From Candidatus Bathyarchaeota archaeon (GTDB lineage Archaea; Thermoproteota; Bathyarchaeia; Bathyarchaeales; Bathycorpusculaceae), in assembly GCA_963717465.1 (NCBI GenBank), contig OY970340.1, forward strand, positions 1,728,001 through 1,792,000: 64,000 bases of DNA, given 5' to 3'. Under the pieces are notes generated by a model that saw nothing but the letters and a program-made list of their open reading frames with translations, ran no database searches and had not been told where the DNA came from. Below, in pieces: positions 62,512 to 64,000 of this stretch (position 1 is its first letter; each line of letters opens with the position of its first letter). The position numbers and the translations under genes were made by a program.

Positions 62512-63314
62512 TTCTGCCAGTTTTCACAGCTAACCGCGATTGGAACGGATGTGGATTGCTTGCTCAACAGTTTAGTCTGCTGCTGGTCGTATGCTTTAAT
62601 GTGAATAGTTTCTTCTAACTTATCAATCTCCAACGATGCATAACCATAGGTAACCAAGAAACTAGTCAAGAATGCTCGCTGCACAGTCTCTTCATACGTG
62701 TCGTCTCCGATGAAATCCCAGTAGTTTATTTTGCCCTCTGATCCTTTCTCTTCTATTTTGCTTTTTAATTCCTGCCAGTAGCTTTCAAGCTCATTCGAAA
62801 ATTCTATGTCACTTAAAACTCGCTGTGCAATTAATTCATCTCTGCTTGCAGCACCCATAGCAACTTGTGGGGCATCAAAACCTTTCCATCTTTGATTAAT
62901 AGGCGTTAATGCTTCCCAATAAAGCAGTCCATCTGCGATGCTGCGAAGGTTAAGCTGCTCCATCTCAATTATTGGATGCCACGCTTTAAGGAAAATGCTT
63001 GTTATTTGTTGTTTTGGTGTATGCATTATTTTTTCTTCTAAAAGAAACGGGTCAGTATAGAGTGAGGTTGAACGATGCTTAACCCATTCGCTCTGAAGTT
63101 TAATTACTGATGCTAAATGGTGGATTGCTTCTGAATCCAAGTTTAATTCTTCTGGTTGTTTCCAGTCAGGAAAATACTCTCTCACTAGTGCAATTATTTC
63201 ATCCACGTCCAGCGTAAAAGGGTCAACTGCATGATTCTCAATACCAACACATCTTTCTATAACTAATTGTAGTTTCTCTTTGCCCATTTTTTTACGTGAT
63301 TCATTTGAAGACAT
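62487..63314 (-). CDS. Kleisin subunit (ScpA-like N-terminus, Nse4-like C-terminal winged helix)
   Basis: VDPFTLDVDEII...ASVIKLQS; KINYWDFIGDDTYEETVQRAFLTSFLVTYG; start overlaps the SMC stop. Confidence 0.75.
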   Translation of the reverse strand: MSSNESRKKMGKEKLQLVIERCVGIENHAVDPFTLDVDEIIALVREYFPDWKQPEELNLDSEAIHHLASVIKLQSEWVKHRSTSLYTDPFLLEEKIMHTPKQQITSIFLKAWHPIIEMEQLNLRSIADGLLYWEALTPINQRWKGFDAPQVAMGAASRDELIAQRVLSDIEFSNELESYWQELKSKIEEKGSEGKINYWDFIGDDTYEETVQRAFLTSFLVTYGYASLEIDKLEETIHIKAYDQQQTKLLSKQSTSVPIAVSCENWQKWKRGELT

Positions 63315-64000
63315 TAAGCCATCTCCCGCACTACTGATTTTCCTTCAACACTTTGCACCGTGATTACGTTTGCGTCTTGTTGGGCAAATGTGATTTGACT
63401 GGGGGTTATAACAATATACTGTGAGGTATTTTCTTTAATTATTGAAACTAGGATTTTCGCGATCATTTCTCTGTTCTTTGGATCCATGTGAATGTCGTAT
63501 TCATCTACCGCTCTAAAAGGTGAACGAACATGTTGTTGTAACGCTAAGAGAAAGCTCATGGTGGCTGTTGTTCGCTCGCCACCGCTTTGTGTGTATGCAT
63601 CCAAAGCCACGGGTTTTCCACCTTTAAACCCGACTAAAATTTCCAAGCCAGCGGTCTCAATTTCTTGAGCGTTAGCCAATCGCACTTCCCCCGTTGCCAG
63701 GGTCTGCTCCATAATCCTTTTGTATTCAACGTTAACGCGGTCCAGTAAATTCTGCATGACTGATTGCCAAGTTTGCATTCTAACGTTAAGTTCTTCAAGG
63801 GTTTTTTGCCTATTTTCAGTTACGATTTCCGCTTTTTCTTTGAGCTCCAAGTAAAGTTTTGAGTACGACTCGTACATGCGTTCAATATCTTCTGAAACAT
63901 CAGCCAAAGAAGCTAAATGCCCGTCTGTAACTCGAATTTCATCAAGGACATCTGAAAAAGGCTTTAAAACAGCTATGCGTTCCCCAAACTGTTCAGCCTT
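63314..64000 (-). CDS. SMC-family ATPase, C-terminal head (Smc5/6-related); truncated by window edge
   Basis: Coiled coil, then LDAYTQSGGERTTATMSFLLALQ...SPFRAVDEYDIHMDPKNR...QYIVITP; frame open to position 64000. Confidence 0.9.
   Translation of the reverse strand, partial: KAEQFGERIAVLKPFSDVLDEIRVTDGHLASLADVSEDIERMYESYSKLYLELKEKAEIVTENRQKTLEELNVRMQTWQSVMQNLLDRVNVEYKRIMEQTLATGEVRLANAQEIETAGLEILVGFKGGKPVALDAYTQSGGERTTATMSFLLALQQHVRSPFRAVDEYDIHMDPKNREMIAKILVSIIKENTSQYIVITPSQITFAQQDANVITVQSVEGKSVVREMA

Noticed and set aside
1..64000. CRISPR array or cas operon
   Set aside because: No regularly spaced repeat-spacer series was seen; the Cas4-like domain is fused to a helicase with no other cas genes

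Overview
Archaeal chromosomal segment, most likely class Bathyarchaeia (inference from undivided RpoB, fused RpoA'/A'', fwdDBAC, and a tRNA with a non-canonical BHB intron). Left to right: a peptide ABC operon; a patchwork of single accessory genes separated by a repeated palindromic motif; ileS; the formylmethanofuran dehydrogenase cluster fwdDBAC with mobB and a cysteine desulfurase; a ~1450-aa Cas4/RecB-like nuclease-SF1 helicase fusion; a polyphosphate locus (ppk1, CHAD-metallophosphoesterase-HD fusion, ppx, nearby CYTH); a membrane-anchored GH5 with an Asn-repeat stalk; a two-intron tRNA-Leu(CAA) that is the integration site of a 1.8-kb integrase-less mini-island (HEPN-Mrr fusion plus an EACC1-like protein); a decayed integrated element (orphan DNA MTase, integrase stub, structured RNA-like segment); rpoB-rpoA-L30e-nusA; and at the right edge an SMC-kleisin-kite operon whose three subunits each resemble eukaryotic Smc5/6, Nse4 and Nse3/MAGE more than canonical Smc-ScpAB. 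About a dozen single-base indels break otherwise intact genes, including essential ileS, so they are treated as sequencing or assembly errors. All family assignments come from reading motifs by eye; no searches were run.
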